A stretch of DNA of 64,000 nucleotides, taken from the NCBI GenBank assembly GCA_036402935.1, contig DASWRZ010000338.1, positions 10,110 to 74,109 on the forward strand, given 5' to 3'. This stretch comes from Actinoplanes sp. Lineage in GTDB: Bacteria > Actinomycetota > Actinomycetes > Mycobacteriales > Micromonosporaceae. The notes beneath the pieces are model-generated. The model was not told the DNA's origin. It ran no database searches and worked only from the letters and a program-made list of their open reading frames with translations. Shown here piece after piece: positions 9,836-20,127 of the stretch. Both the position numbers and the translations under genes were made by a program. Position 1 is the stretch's first letter. Every line of letters begins with the position of its first letter.

Positions 9836-10686
9836 GGGTCCTCGGCCTCGGCTGCGGCCAGCCCGGCGGCAGCGCCGAGATCCTGCTGACCGCGGCGCTG
9901 CGCGCGGCCGGTGAGGCGCGGCTGGTCCGGCTCACCGACCTGACCACCGACGACCACCTGTGGTGGCTCTGGGAGCGGCTGGTCGAGTGCGACGGTCTGA
10001 TCGTGAGTACGCCGATCATGACGCGCACCATCGCCGCCCGGCTCAAGACGGTGATCGACTTCCTGCTCGGGCCGAACGCCGACGCCGCGATCATCGAGCA
10101 CCTCGTCGCGGTCCGCCGGTCCGGCACCGAGCCGGCCGTCCCGTTCCGGGTCGACGAGCGGGTGCTCAAGCCGCGGGTGGCCGGCCTGATCGCGGTCGGC
10201 GGCTCGCTCACTCCACAGTGGAAGACGCTGGCTCTGCCGCTGTTGCACACCACCGCGTTCTCGATGCACATGGCGGTGATCGATCAGGTCGCGTTCGGCG
10301 GCGCCGGGACCCCGCGGTCGATCCTGCTGGACGAGGCGGCGCTGGAGCGCGCGGCGCGGCTCGGCGGCAACGTGGCGTCGCAGTTGGGGGTGGCGTTCGA
10401 CGAGGTGCGATACCTGGGTTCGCCGGGGCTGTGCCCGATGTGCCACCTCAGCGTCGTGGAGCTGGACGGTACCGCGGTCACCTGCGCGACATGTGGCAGC
10501 GCGGGGGAGTGGGAGGGCGGCTCGATCCGCTGGACGGATCTGACGTCATCGGTGATCTCGATGGCCGAGAAGCGGGCGCACGCCCGGGAGATCCAGGAGA
10601 CGGCGGCGGCGCACGCCGAGCGGCGCGCGGAGATCGACGCCCGGGCGGCCCGGTTCGGGACGTTCGAGCACGTGGTGCGGCCGTGA
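9832..10686 (+). CDS. Flavodoxin-fold NAD(P)H-dependent FMN reductase-like protein with C-terminal Zn-ribbon
   Basis: DGLIVSTP, AGLIAVGGS; CPMC...CATC. Confidence 0.7.
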   Translation: MRVLGLGCGQPGGSAEILLTAALRAAGEARLVRLTDLTTDDHLWWLWERLVECDGLIVSTPIMTRTIAARLKTVIDFLLGPNADAAIIEHLVAVRRSGTEPAVPFRVDERVLKPRVAGLIAVGGSLTPQWKTLALPLLHTTAFSMHMAVIDQVAFGGAGTPRSILLDEAALERAARLGGNVASQLGVAFDEVRYLGSPGLCPMCHLSVVELDGTAVTCATCGSAGEWEGGSIRWTDLTSSVISMAEKRAHAREIQETAAAHAERRAEIDARAARFGTFEHVVRP

Positions 10687-12760
10687 TCCCGTACGGGCTC
10701 CGGGTCGAGCATCTGGACCATCCGCTGGGCATCCACACCGCCGTGCCGCGGTTCTCGTGGCGGCTGCCCGACGGCACGGCGAGGCAGGAGGCGTACCGGA
10801 TCCGGACCAGCAACGGCTGGGACACCGGGCGGGTCGTCAGCGAACGAAGCCTGCTGATCCCGTACGCCGGCCCGGCCCTGCGCTCCTCCGAGCGGGTCAC
10901 GTGGCAGGTCAAGGCGTGGCCCTCGGGCTGGTCGGAACCCCGATGGTTCGAGATGGGCCTGCTCTCGCCGCGGGACTGGACCGCGCGCTGGATCGAGCCG
11001 TCCGAGCCACTCGTCCGCACCACCTTCACCGGCCGTCCGAGCCGGCTCCACATCACCGCGCACGGCATCTACGAGGCGTTCGTCAACGGGGTGCGGGTCG
11101 GCGACGCCGAGCTGACGCCCGGCTTCACTGGATCCGCCTGAAGCGCCTGGGGCCGGCCGGCACCCGGATCACGCTGAGCCACGGCGAGCACCTGGACGTC
11201 GCCGGCGATCTCACCACCGATCATCTGCGGCCCGCGTTCGCGTTCCTGCCGGCGCCGCTGCCGGCCGGAATGGTCGACGAGGTGGTGTCGGCGGGCCGGC
11301 CCGGGGAGGCGTTCGAGCCTCGGCACACCACACATGGCTTCCGATACGTGCGGGTCGAGGGGCACCCCGAACACCTGACGACGGATGACGTACGCGGCGT
11401 CGTCGTCCACACCGACATGCGCCGCACCGGCTGGTTCTCGTGCAGCGACCCGCGCGTCAACCGGCTGCACGAGGCGGCCCTGTGGGGTCTGCGCGGCAAC
11501 GTCTGTGACATCCCCACCGACTGCCCGCAGCGGGAACGGGCGGGCTGGACCGGCGACTGGCAGCTGTTCGTGCCGACTGCGGCGTTCCTCTACGACGTGG
11601 CCGGCTTCAGCACCAAATGGCTGCGGGACGTGGCGGCCGACCAGTGGGCCGACGGGACCGTGGCGAACATGAGCCCCTGCCCGCCCGCCGAGGGCCAGGC
11701 CTCGCCGATGGCGTGGCTGAACGGCTCCGCGGGCTGGGGCGACGCGGTGGTCATCGTGCCGTGGGAGCTGTACCGCCAGTACGGCGACGAGCGGATCCTC
11801 GCCGAGATGTGGCCGGCGATGGAGGCCTGGATGGGGCGGGCCACCCGGATGGCCCGCACCGGACGGCATCCGGATCGTGCGGCGGCCCGGCCCACTCCCG
11901 CGGCCCACGAGGAATTCCTGTGGGACAGCGGATTCCACTGGGGCGAATGGCTGGTTCCGGGGGAAGAGGAGCACCCGTCCCCGACCGCCGATCGCAGCGA
12001 CGTGGCGACGGCCTGTCTCGCCTACTCGGCCGGGCTGATGGCGCGGATCGCCCGGATCCTGGGGCGTCCCGGCGAAGGGCGGTTCGCCACGCTGAGTGAC
12101 CGGGCCGCCGACGCCTGGCGGCTTGAGTTCCGCGAGACCCAGGCCAATCTCGTCCGCGCACTCGCGTTCGACCTCGTCCCGGCGGCGGAGCGCCCGTCCG
12201 TCGCGGACCGCCTGGTCGCGTCGATCCGGGCGGCCGGCACCCACCTCTCCACCGGCTTCCTCGCGACGCCGCACCTCCTGCCCGTCCTGGCCGACACCGG
12301 GCACGACGACGTGGCCTACGACCTGCTGTTGCAGGACACCGAGCCGTCCTGGCTGACGATGATCGACCGCGGCGCGACGACGATGTGGGAGCACTGGAAC
12401 GGCATCGACGCCGACGGGATCGCCCACGATTCGCTGAACCACTACGCCAAGGGCGCGGTCGCCTCGTTCCTCCACCGGTACGTCGCCGGCCTGCGACCGG
12501 TCGAGCCGGCCTACCGGCACTTCCGCGTGCATCCGCATCCCGGCGGCGGCATCACCTGGGCCGAGGCGGCCCACGAGTCGCCGTACGGCCGGATCGAGGT
12601 GCGCTGGGACGCGCACCCCTCGTTCGCCCTGCGGGTCGTCGTCCCGCCGGGCTGCACCGCCGAGGCGACCCTGCCGGACGGGACGACGCACCATCTGGGC
12701 CCCGGCCGGCACGCGCTCGCCGATCGTCGGTCGGCGACCACCGGCCGACCAGAAAGCTGA
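10683..12760 (+). pseudogene. GH78 alpha-L-rhamnosidase split by an internal frameshifting deletion near 11128
   Basis: N-part LRVEHLDHPLGI..PRFSW..TAHGIYEAFVNG..LTPGFT stops at 11141; other frame resumes WIRLKRLGPAG..HGFRYV..PTDCPQRERAGWTGD..TMWEHW..SLNHY. Confidence 0.8.
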
Positions 12761-12812
12761 CCAGGGCCGGCGACTCAGGACCGAGGCCCTTGGTGGCCGG
12801 CGCCGCGGCCGG

Positions 12813-13394
12813 TCAGAACCGCACCTGGACCGGGCCCCGTTCCTCGCCGGCCGCCTGGAAGAACTCGCGGGCGCGGAAGCTGCCCAGGCCGGCGATCAGG
12901 TTGGTCGGCAGGGTCTGCACCGCGTTGTTGTACGACTGGACCGCGCTGGTGAAGAACTGCCGCGCGTACGCGATCTTGTCTTCGGTGTTGGCCAGCTCGA
13001 TCTGCAGCGCCGCGAAGTTGTGGTTGGCCTTGAGATCGGGGTACGCCTCGGCGACCGCGATGAGCCGGCCGAGCGCCTGGCCGAGCATGCTCTCCGCCTC
13101 GGCGCGCCGGGCCGGGCCCGCACCCTGGGACAGGTTCATCGCGTTGCCCCGGGCGGCCACCACCGCGTCGAGGGTGCCGCGCTCGTGCGCCGTGTAGGCC
13201 TGCACGGTCTGGACCAGGCTGGGGATCAGGTCGTACCGCCGCTTGAGTTGTACGTCGATCTGGGCCCAGGACGCATCGGCCTGGTTGCGCAACCGGACCA
13301 GCCGGTTGTACGCCGCGACAATCCAGATGATCACCGCGAGGATCAGGACCAGTAACACCCCACCGACGACCGAAGCCGTCGCACTACCGCTCAT
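12813..13394 (-). CDS. lemA: LemA family protein
   Basis: N-terminal TM, YNRLV..WAQIDVQLKRRYDLIP, AEAYPDLKAN, TEDKIAYARQF. Confidence 0.95.
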   Translation of the reverse strand: MSGSATASVVGGVLLVLILAVIIWIVAAYNRLVRLRNQADASWAQIDVQLKRRYDLIPSLVQTVQAYTAHERGTLDAVVAARGNAMNLSQGAGPARRAEAESMLGQALGRLIAVAEAYPDLKANHNFAALQIELANTEDKIAYARQFFTSAVQSYNNAVQTLPTNLIAGLGSFRAREFFQAAGEERGPVQVRF

Positions 13395-13519
13395 GTCTCC
13401 CTTTCTTCAAGCGCGTGAAGTGCTTATGCCACGCAACATAGTGGTGACACACAATACGACGGGAGTGACCGAACGGTCAGGGCGTCCGCTGAACTTGGGG
13501 CCGGACTGAGGGCGTACCG

Positions 13520-13554
13520 AAAAAAGGCCGGGTCACGCGATCGCGTGACCCGGC
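13520..13554 (-). terminator. Intrinsic terminator
   Basis: Perfect 28-bp palindrome GCCGGGTCACGCGATCGCGTGACCCGGC with A6 on + (U-tract on -), just after the stop at 13567. Confidence 0.85.
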
Positions 13555-13566
13555 GTCTCTGATCGT

Positions 13567-14172
13567 TTATCGGGCGGCGTGCCGGAGCACGTCGGTCAGA
13601 CGGCCGGCCGAGCGCATCCCGGCCAGCCGGCCCTCGTGCAGGACGGTCAGGTCCTCGACCGCGCAGGCCGGCGGCGTGTGGCCGACCGCCGCGGCGAGCG
13701 CCGGGTTCTGCCGCGCCCATGCGGTCAGCGCGTCGATCAGCGCGGCCTCCCGGCCCTCCCGGGTGGTCTCCCCGGAGGCCTGCCGCGCGATCAGCTGCTG
13801 CCGGTACGGCCAGAACGACCACACCTTGGTCTCGTCGATCAGCTGCTCGACCGGGTCGGTGCGCAGGTAGCGCAGCGCGATCTGCATCGCGTCCGGCCGG
13901 CCGTCGGCGATCAGGTCGTCGACCATGCGGTGCCGGGCGTGCGAACCCGCCACCTCGTAGAACGTGCTGCGGCATCCCCGCGGGCGGGCCGCCGCCACCA
14001 CGCTCTTCCAGGTCAGCGGGTGACCCGGGCGGGCGGCGAGCAGCTCGGCCGCGGCCTGGTAGTAGACAACCTTCGTCTGCCAGTGATTGCGCCGCGGTGA
14101 CTTGTTGTCCGCGAGCCGGCGGTGCCACTTGCCGATGACGGTGTGGCGCAGGTCCTCGATCGTCGTTGACAT
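13567..14172 (-). CDS. Hypothetical protein with TetR-like HTH
   Basis: RBS before ATG; AAAELL...LTWKSVVAAARPRGCRSTFYE resembles a TetR HTH; high GC3. Confidence 0.6.
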   Translation of the reverse strand: MSTTIEDLRHTVIGKWHRRLADNKSPRRNHWQTKVVYYQAAAELLAARPGHPLTWKSVVAAARPRGCRSTFYEVAGSHARHRMVDDLIADGRPDAMQIALRYLRTDPVEQLIDETKVWSFWPYRQQLIARQASGETTREGREAALIDALTAWARQNPALAAAVGHTPPACAVEDLTVLHEGRLAGMRSAGRLTDVLRHAAR

Positions 14173-14243
14173 CGCCCTGTCCCTTTCGGGTGTGTGACTG
14201 GTCCAGCGATGTAGAGACTGGCTGGAACCGGGGCGTTGCCGCA

Positions 14244-15869
14244 TCACGTGTTCACGTGGTCTTGGGGGTGTCGCCCGGTGACCACGTCCAGGATGGCCTC
14301 CCAATCGGACGGTGACCGGTCGGCATGCCACGCGACGTGCTGGTCCGGGCGGATCAGCACCAGACGGCTGGCCCAGCTCGCGCGCACGGCGGCGTCGGCG
14401 AGTCCGAAATAGGTCATCGGCACGCCCCGCCCCTCGGCCGCCGCGACCAGAGGCTTCCCGGCCGCCTTCCCGGTGAGGTCGACCAGCGTGAACTGGGGCC
14501 CGAGCCGGTCGAGCAGGGGTTCGCCACCGGCCAGCCGCACCGCCGGCGGCCGCACGCCCAGGCGTACGCCCCGGCGCGCCGGCCGCGCGCCCGGGCGTCC
14601 CGCCGCGGCGCCCGGGTTCTCCTGCCAGAGGACCGGGGAGCGGGTGTCGGCGCCGGAGCGCACTGTGCCGGCCGGGTCGAGCTGGGGTGGTTCCTGGATC
14701 ACGAAGCGGGCCAGGAAGTCGGCCGACGCTCCGGACGCGGCCAGCCGCCCGAACCGGCGCCGGGTCTCGACCGCCCGCACCAGCATTTCCCGGTCGAGCA
14801 GCGCCTGCTGCCGGCGCTCGCCCTCGTAGCTCGCCAGCAGCGCCGGACCGGCCCAGCCGTGCACCGCCGCGGCCAGCTTCCAGCCCAGGTCGACCGCGTC
14901 GCCGACGCAGGTGTCGACCCGGCTGCTCGGCGGGTGGAACCGGTGGGCCGACTGTCCGGCCAGGAACGTCGTGCCGCGCCGGAAGTGGCTGGCCACCCCG
15001 AGGCCGTCGTCCCATTGGGCGACGCCGAGCAGGTCGGGGCCGTCCAGGTCGATGCCGAGCCGGTCGCGCAGCAGGCGGGCCGGGTCGGTCTCGGCGGCCT
15101 CGTCGCGTTCGAGCGGCAGGTGCGCGACCCAGGCGTCGGTCGGGTAGCGCCGGCTCAGCGTGATGCCGCCCGCGACGATCATCGTCGGGCCGGGGTTCCT
15201 GGTCTCCAGCGGCCCGGTGTCCAGGGCGTAGTGGAACGCGATGCTCAGGTGGTGCCGGGCCGGTTCCAGTTCGTCGACCGGCACGCCGAGGCAACGGCGT
15301 ACGGTGCTGTGCGCGCCGTCGCAGCCGGCCAGGTAGGCCGCCTCGATCTGGTGCCGGGTGCCGGTCCCGGCGTCGAGCGCGGTCGCGACCGTGCCGCCCG
15401 GCTCCTGGCGCAGGTCGGTGCAGGTCCACCCGGTGCGCAGGTCGATCAGCGGGTGCGCGCGCACCGCGTCGAGCAGCGCCGAGGTCAGGTCGGCGCTGGT
15501 GACCAGCAGATAGGGCTCGACCAGCGCGTCCTCGTCGGTGCCCACCGAATAGGCCCGGGCCAGCTCGGCCGGGGAGGGCAGGTTGGAGATGTGCACCGGG
15601 GCCTGGTCGAGCCGGCGGCTCCAGAGCACCTCGACCGGGCACGACGGGTCGACCGCCGCCGCCCGCACCCGGTCGGCCAGGCCGAGCCGGCGCAGCAGCT
15701 CGACGCTGCGGCCGTCGACCAGGGTCAGGTCGGGGTGGCGGGGCGGCCGCGCGGCCCGCTCCAGCACCACCGTGGACACCCGGTGGTGGGCGAGCTCGAG
15801 GGCCAGGAGGCAGCCGGTCAGCCCGGCGCCCACAATGAGCACCGGCGTGCGGAAGACAGGCGTCACCAT
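14244..15869 (-). CDS. FAD-dependent aromatic hydroxylase-like protein with degenerate GD motif
   Basis: VLIVGAGLTG, LAGCDGAHS, DLGWKL, LIRPDQHVAW; RBS GGAGG. Confidence 0.85.
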   Translation of the reverse strand: MVTPVFRTPVLIVGAGLTGCLLALELAHHRVSTVVLERAARPPRHPDLTLVDGRSVELLRRLGLADRVRAAAVDPSCPVEVLWSRRLDQAPVHISNLPSPAELARAYSVGTDEDALVEPYLLVTSADLTSALLDAVRAHPLIDLRTGWTCTDLRQEPGGTVATALDAGTGTRHQIEAAYLAGCDGAHSTVRRCLGVPVDELEPARHHLSIAFHYALDTGPLETRNPGPTMIVAGGITLSRRYPTDAWVAHLPLERDEAAETDPARLLRDRLGIDLDGPDLLGVAQWDDGLGVASHFRRGTTFLAGQSAHRFHPPSSRVDTCVGDAVDLGWKLAAAVHGWAGPALLASYEGERRQQALLDREMLVRAVETRRRFGRLAASGASADFLARFVIQEPPQLDPAGTVRSGADTRSPVLWQENPGAAAGRPGARPARRGVRLGVRPPAVRLAGGEPLLDRLGPQFTLVDLTGKAAGKPLVAAAEGRGVPMTYFGLADAAVRASWASRLVLIRPDQHVAWHADRSPSDWEAILDVVTGRHPQDHVNT

Positions 15870-15918
15870 CGATTGCACCTCCGGTGCACATACTCGTTCC
15901 GCGACTATCCCGCGCGCA

Positions 15919-18699
15919 TCACGTAGTCGAGCTATTTCTCGCGCGTTCCCGCGCGACGAGCGTGGCCAGTTCCACCCGGCGCCCGATGCCCAGCTTCGAG
16001 AAGATCTTGCGCAGGTGACTGTCGACGGTGTGCTTCGACAGGAACAGCCGCTTCGCCACGTCGACATTCGTCAGCCCGTCGGCGACCAGCAGGGCGACGT
16101 TGCGCTCGGCCGGTGAGAGCTGGGGCAGGAAGATCGGGGCGATCTTGGCCGGGGCGGGACCGCGCCGTTTCTCCAGCCGCTCCTGGGCCTGACGCGCTCC
16201 GCACTCGGTGACCAGGACCAGCGACTCGTCGTACCAGGCGCGGACGGTCGCCGCGTCGACCCGGTCGCGGCCGGCCACCGCGGCGTCCTCCAGAGCCGCG
16301 GCCAGGGCGAGAGGACGCGGGGTGCCGCGGAACTCCTCGATCGCGGCCCGCAGGCGTACGGGGTCGTCGTGCAGCAGGCCCTCGGCGTGATCCGCCGCGG
16401 CGGCCGCCGACCGGGACACCGGGTTACGCTCGGCCAGCTCGCGGGCGGCCCGGGCGGCAATGGCGGCCCGGGCCCGGTCGCCGGCCGACAACGCGAGCGC
16501 GACCAGCGGGCCGGCCGTGGCCGGGTCGGCGGCGAGCAGCGCGGGGCGGGCCGGCATCGCGTCGTAGAGGTCGGCGACCAGCGTGACCGCCTCGTCCGGC
16601 GCACCGGTCTCGGCGATCAGCAGAGCTTCCGGCCAGAGCACGTCCTCGGGGGCGGCGGTGATGCCGCGCCCGGTGAGGCGGCGCATCCGGGCCAGGCAGT
16701 CCTGGGCGGTATCGAGGTCGGCGCGGAGCACGGCCAGGCGGATGAGCGAGCCGAGCAGCGGGACGGTCAGCTGGTTGGCGGTCACCGCCTCGGCGGTGCT
16801 GACCCCGGCGTCGGCCTCGGCGGCCGCCTCGTCGAGCCGGCCGCGGGCGGTGAGCAGGGCGGCGTTGTAGTAGTGCCAGAGCGGCTGAGCCCAGTTGACG
16901 CCGAGCCGTTCCGACTCCTCGCGCCCCCGGCGCAGGGTGGCCCCGGCCTCGTCGAGGCGGTCCAGCGAGGTGAGCGCGCTGCCCAGCCAGATGCGGGGAT
17001 GCCGGTGCCGGGCGGCACCTCCGCTGCGGTCGGCCAGGTCGGTGGCGGCACGCGCATGGGCGTACGCGTCCTCCAGCCGCCCCTGGGCCTGGGCGACCAG
17101 GGTCCGCGCGGTGCCTCCGAAGACCGCCGCGCCGTTCTCCCCGCCCGTACGCCCGAGCCGGTCGGCCTCGGCCCCCGACGCGTCGGCGGCCGCCAGCTCG
17201 TCCACATAGACCAGCGCGTGGGCGCGGATCGCGTGCAGCCCGGCCCGCAGCCCGTCCGAGATGCCGTGCAGGCCGAGGCCGCGGTCGGCGTACTCGACCG
17301 AGGCCCGGTTGTGCCCGGCGTGCTTGCACGCCTCGGCCAGCCCGAGCAGCAGGGCGGCTTCGTTCTCCGGGTCGAGGCCGGCGCGCAGCGCCTCCTCGCC
17401 GAGCTTGCGGGCCTCGGCGACCCGGGCCGCCGACGCGAGCAGGCCGACCGCCTCGGCGGCCAGGGTGGGCCGCTGCGGGTCGTGCTCGCCGATCGCGCCG
17501 AGCGCGTGCAGGATCAGGTCGGCCGCGGTGGCCGGGGCGACCGCCGCGACCTCGGCCGCCGCGTCGCGCAACGACTTCACCGCCTCGGCCGAGCCCGAAC
17601 GGCCGCCCTGCAGCAGGTGCTCGGCCACCTCGCGGGCCGGGCGGTGCTCGTCGCGGGCGATCGCGGCGGCGTCGCGGTGCAGCTGCTCGCGGACCGCCCG
17701 GCGCAGGCCGTTGTAGACCGCCTGGCGCACCAGGTCGTGCTTGAACGACAGCCCGTCCATCTCCTCGGCCAGCAGGCCGGCCGCGGTCGCCTCGTCGATC
17801 AGCGGGAACAGCTCGGCCGGGTCACGCCGCATCAGCCGGGCCGCCGCCTGGATGCCGAACGGCCGCAGCGGTACCGAACCGGCCTGCAGCAGCAGCCGGG
17901 TGCCGGGGGTCAGGCTCTCGACGATGTCGCGCACGGTGTTGACGAAGCTGGACGGCAGATCGTCGCCGATCACCGTGGCGGTGTTGCCGTTCACGACCAG
18001 CTGGCCCGTGCGCCGCAGCGCGGTGACCAGCTGCTCGATCCGCAGCGGGTTGCCACCGCAGCCGGCCGCCAGGGCGAGCACGGTGTTGTCGACCTCGGTG
18101 CCGACCTGCTCGGCGCAGAGCGCGGCCACCGCGGGCTCGCCGAGCACGTCCAGCCGCAGCGGCTCGCTGCCCCGACGGGCCAGCCACTCCAAGGTGTCGC
18201 GGCCGGTCGAGTCGCTGTGGCCGTCGCGGGCGGCGAAGATCCACCGGACCGGGAACGACGCCAGCGCCGGCACCAGCTCCCGGAAGGCCAGCGCGCTGAG
18301 CTCGTCCATCCAGTGCGCGTCGTCGATGACGATCAGCAGCGGGCGGCGGGCGGCGAAGGTCTCCAGCGACGCGCGCAGCTGCTCCAGCACCAGGTAGGAG
18401 TCGACGTGCCGGTCGGGCCGGCCGAGCCAGCGGAACTCGCCGGTCGGCGGGCTGCAGTTGCGCAGGGCCCCGGCCAGGGTGACCAGCGGGGCGGCCAGGT
18501 CGTGCTTGAACGCCTCCCGGGCCGCGACCGCGATGCCCAGCTCGTCGGCGATGTCGCCGGCCGCCCGCAGCAGCCGCGACTTGCCGATGCCGGCCGGGCC
18601 GGTGAGCACGTGGCAGCCGCCCGCGCCGGCCGCGGTGTCCTCCAGCGCCCGCCGGACGACCGCCAGCTCGGCTTCGCGGCCGAAGATGTCGTCCTTCAT
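15919..18699 (-). CDS. Large ATP-binding LuxR regulator (LAL/MalT-type)
   Basis: FGREAEL, GPAGIGKS, IVIDDAHW, GGNPL, C-terminal LSPAE..GLTNVDVAKRLFLSKHTVDSHLRKIFSKLG. Confidence 0.92.
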   Translation of the reverse strand: MKDDIFGREAELAVVRRALEDTAAGAGGCHVLTGPAGIGKSRLLRAAGDIADELGIAVAAREAFKHDLAAPLVTLAGALRNCSPPTGEFRWLGRPDRHVDSYLVLEQLRASLETFAARRPLLIVIDDAHWMDELSALAFRELVPALASFPVRWIFAARDGHSDSTGRDTLEWLARRGSEPLRLDVLGEPAVAALCAEQVGTEVDNTVLALAAGCGGNPLRIEQLVTALRRTGQLVVNGNTATVIGDDLPSSFVNTVRDIVESLTPGTRLLLQAGSVPLRPFGIQAAARLMRRDPAELFPLIDEATAAGLLAEEMDGLSFKHDLVRQAVYNGLRRAVREQLHRDAAAIARDEHRPAREVAEHLLQGGRSGSAEAVKSLRDAAAEVAAVAPATAADLILHALGAIGEHDPQRPTLAAEAVGLLASAARVAEARKLGEEALRAGLDPENEAALLLGLAEACKHAGHNRASVEYADRGLGLHGISDGLRAGLHAIRAHALVYVDELAAADASGAEADRLGRTGGENGAAVFGGTARTLVAQAQGRLEDAYAHARAATDLADRSGGAARHRHPRIWLGSALTSLDRLDEAGATLRRGREESERLGVNWAQPLWHYYNAALLTARGRLDEAAAEADAGVSTAEAVTANQLTVPLLGSLIRLAVLRADLDTAQDCLARMRRLTGRGITAAPEDVLWPEALLIAETGAPDEAVTLVADLYDAMPARPALLAADPATAGPLVALALSAGDRARAAIAARAARELAERNPVSRSAAAAADHAEGLLHDDPVRLRAAIEEFRGTPRPLALAAALEDAAVAGRDRVDAATVRAWYDESLVLVTECGARQAQERLEKRRGPAPAKIAPIFLPQLSPAERNVALLVADGLTNVDVAKRLFLSKHTVDSHLRKIFSKLGIGRRVELATLVARERARNSSTT

Positions 18700-19199
18700 G
18701 ACGGCGTCCCGGCCACGACCGAGCGGGCCGCCGGGGGCCGGTCGGCTGCTGTGAAATGGCAATACCTGGTCAGGGTGATCTCCATGGCGGCGTCACGGAT
18801 GTCTGAAAGTATCTGGCGGACCGATCCGGCCGATCTTCATGATCGGCGAATGACCCTTTCGGACAGTCGTGCGCCCCGACCGGTGGCTTGGTGGCGGCCG
18901 TATGCCGATTGCGGCCCGTCCTGGCCTGCTCGGTGACGAGCAGGACCAGGTGGACGACAGAACCCACCGAGGCGTCCGCGCATCTTGACATCAGCCCGCG
19001 GAAGAAAGCCAGTCGATCATTTATGCGGTGCGGGGACGGTCACCCGACGAGCGCTCACGCGCTCAAAAGATCACCCGTACGAGTGAGCGGCCGGCCTCGA
19101 AAGTCAGGAACCACAACGGTTCCCCATTCGGGCCGTCCAATCCGGACAGGTTCGAGCACGTTTACACGTCCTTTGACGTTGGTGAATGTTCGGCAATTT

Positions 19200-19284
19200 C
19201 TCCGACGAGGTGTCGGAGGCGCCGAGTACCTACTCACCACTGTCCCCTGACCTGCACTTCTCGCATACCTACTCATTCGAGTAG
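19200..19284. promoter_or_regulatory. Cluster of palindromes upstream of the AHBA operon
   Basis: CTCCGAC-N5-GTCGGAG (19200-19218), GAGTA-CC-TACTC (19224-19235), CTACTC-N4-GAGTAG (19269-19284); TACCTACTCA occurs twice. Confidence 0.5.
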
Positions 19285-19344
19285 TGGGGCTGTCGGGCGC
19301 CCGTCGATAACGTGCCAATTGCTACATGGCAAAGGAGGAAAGCG

Positions 19345-20127
19345 GTGCTCGGCAACGAATCCGGTGGCCGCCGGCGACGCCTCGGCCGCCTTTATCGGCA
19401 TGACCCGTCAAGGCTGCTCGTCGTGCCGCTCGACCACGCGATGGCGGCCGGGCCGATCGGCACCGACCTCGACGATCTGGTCGGCCGGCTGGCGTCCGGC
19501 GGCGCCGACGCGGTGGTGCTGCACAAGGGCGCGCTCCGCCGGGTCGCCGCCCACCGCTTCCACGACCTGGCCCTGGTGCTGCACCTCGACGCGAGCACCG
19601 GGCTGGCCCCCGACCCGGACGCGAAATACCCGGTGGCGACCGTCGAGGAGGCGCTGCGGCTGGGTGCCGACGCGGTCAGCGTGCACGTCAATCTGGGCTC
19701 GGCGACCGAGGACCGGCAGGTCGCCCACCTCGCCGCGGTGGCCGGTGACTGCGACCGCTGGGGCGTGCCGCTGCTGGCCATGATGTACGCCCGCGGCCCG
19801 GCCATCGCCGACCCGCGCTCGCCCGGGGTCGTCGCCCACGCCGTGACGGTCGCCGCCGAACTCGGCGCCGACCTGGTCAAGACCGCACTACCGGGCGACG
19901 AGGCGGCTGTCGCCCGGATCACCGCCGGCTGCCCGGTCCCGGTGCTGGCCGCCGGCGGTGAGGCGGGCCGGCCCGACGCGGTCCTGGCCGCGCTGGCCGG
20001 CTCGCTGCGCGCCGGTGCGGGCGGCGTCGCCGCCGGCCGCCTGATCTTCACCGCCGCCGACCCGGCCGCCGCGATCCGCCGCCTGGCCACCCTCGTCCAC
20101 GGCCGAACCCCGGCAGCGATCCGATGA
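19345..20127 (+). CDS. Class I (DhnA-type) aldolase, GriI-like AHBA pathway enzyme
   Basis: VVPLDH, DAVVLHKG, GADAVSVHVNLGS, AMMYARGP, ELGADLVKT (Schiff-base Lys); RBS AGGAGG. Confidence 0.88.
   Translation: MLGNESGGRRRRLGRLYRHDPSRLLVVPLDHAMAAGPIGTDLDDLVGRLASGGADAVVLHKGALRRVAAHRFHDLALVLHLDASTGLAPDPDAKYPVATVEEALRLGADAVSVHVNLGSATEDRQVAHLAAVAGDCDRWGVPLLAMMYARGPAIADPRSPGVVAHAVTVAAELGADLVKTALPGDEAAVARITAGCPVPVLAAGGEAGRPDAVLAALAGSLRAGAGGVAAGRLIFTAADPAAAIRRLATLVHGRTPAAIR

Noticed and set aside
11121-11141. Programmed frameshift or engineered BamHI junction in GH78
   Set aside because: No slippery sequence, a whole segment is missing, and GGATCC is simply the natural Trp-Ile-Arg coding
13567-15891. 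774-aa ORF as a monooxygenase-regulator fusion
   Set aside because: Upstream part is an off-frame shadow; own RBS and ATG at 14172
18700-19344. Small ORFs or a RiPP precursor in the long intergenic region
   Set aside because: Candidate ORFs lack an RBS and host codon bias; better explained as divergent regulatory DNA
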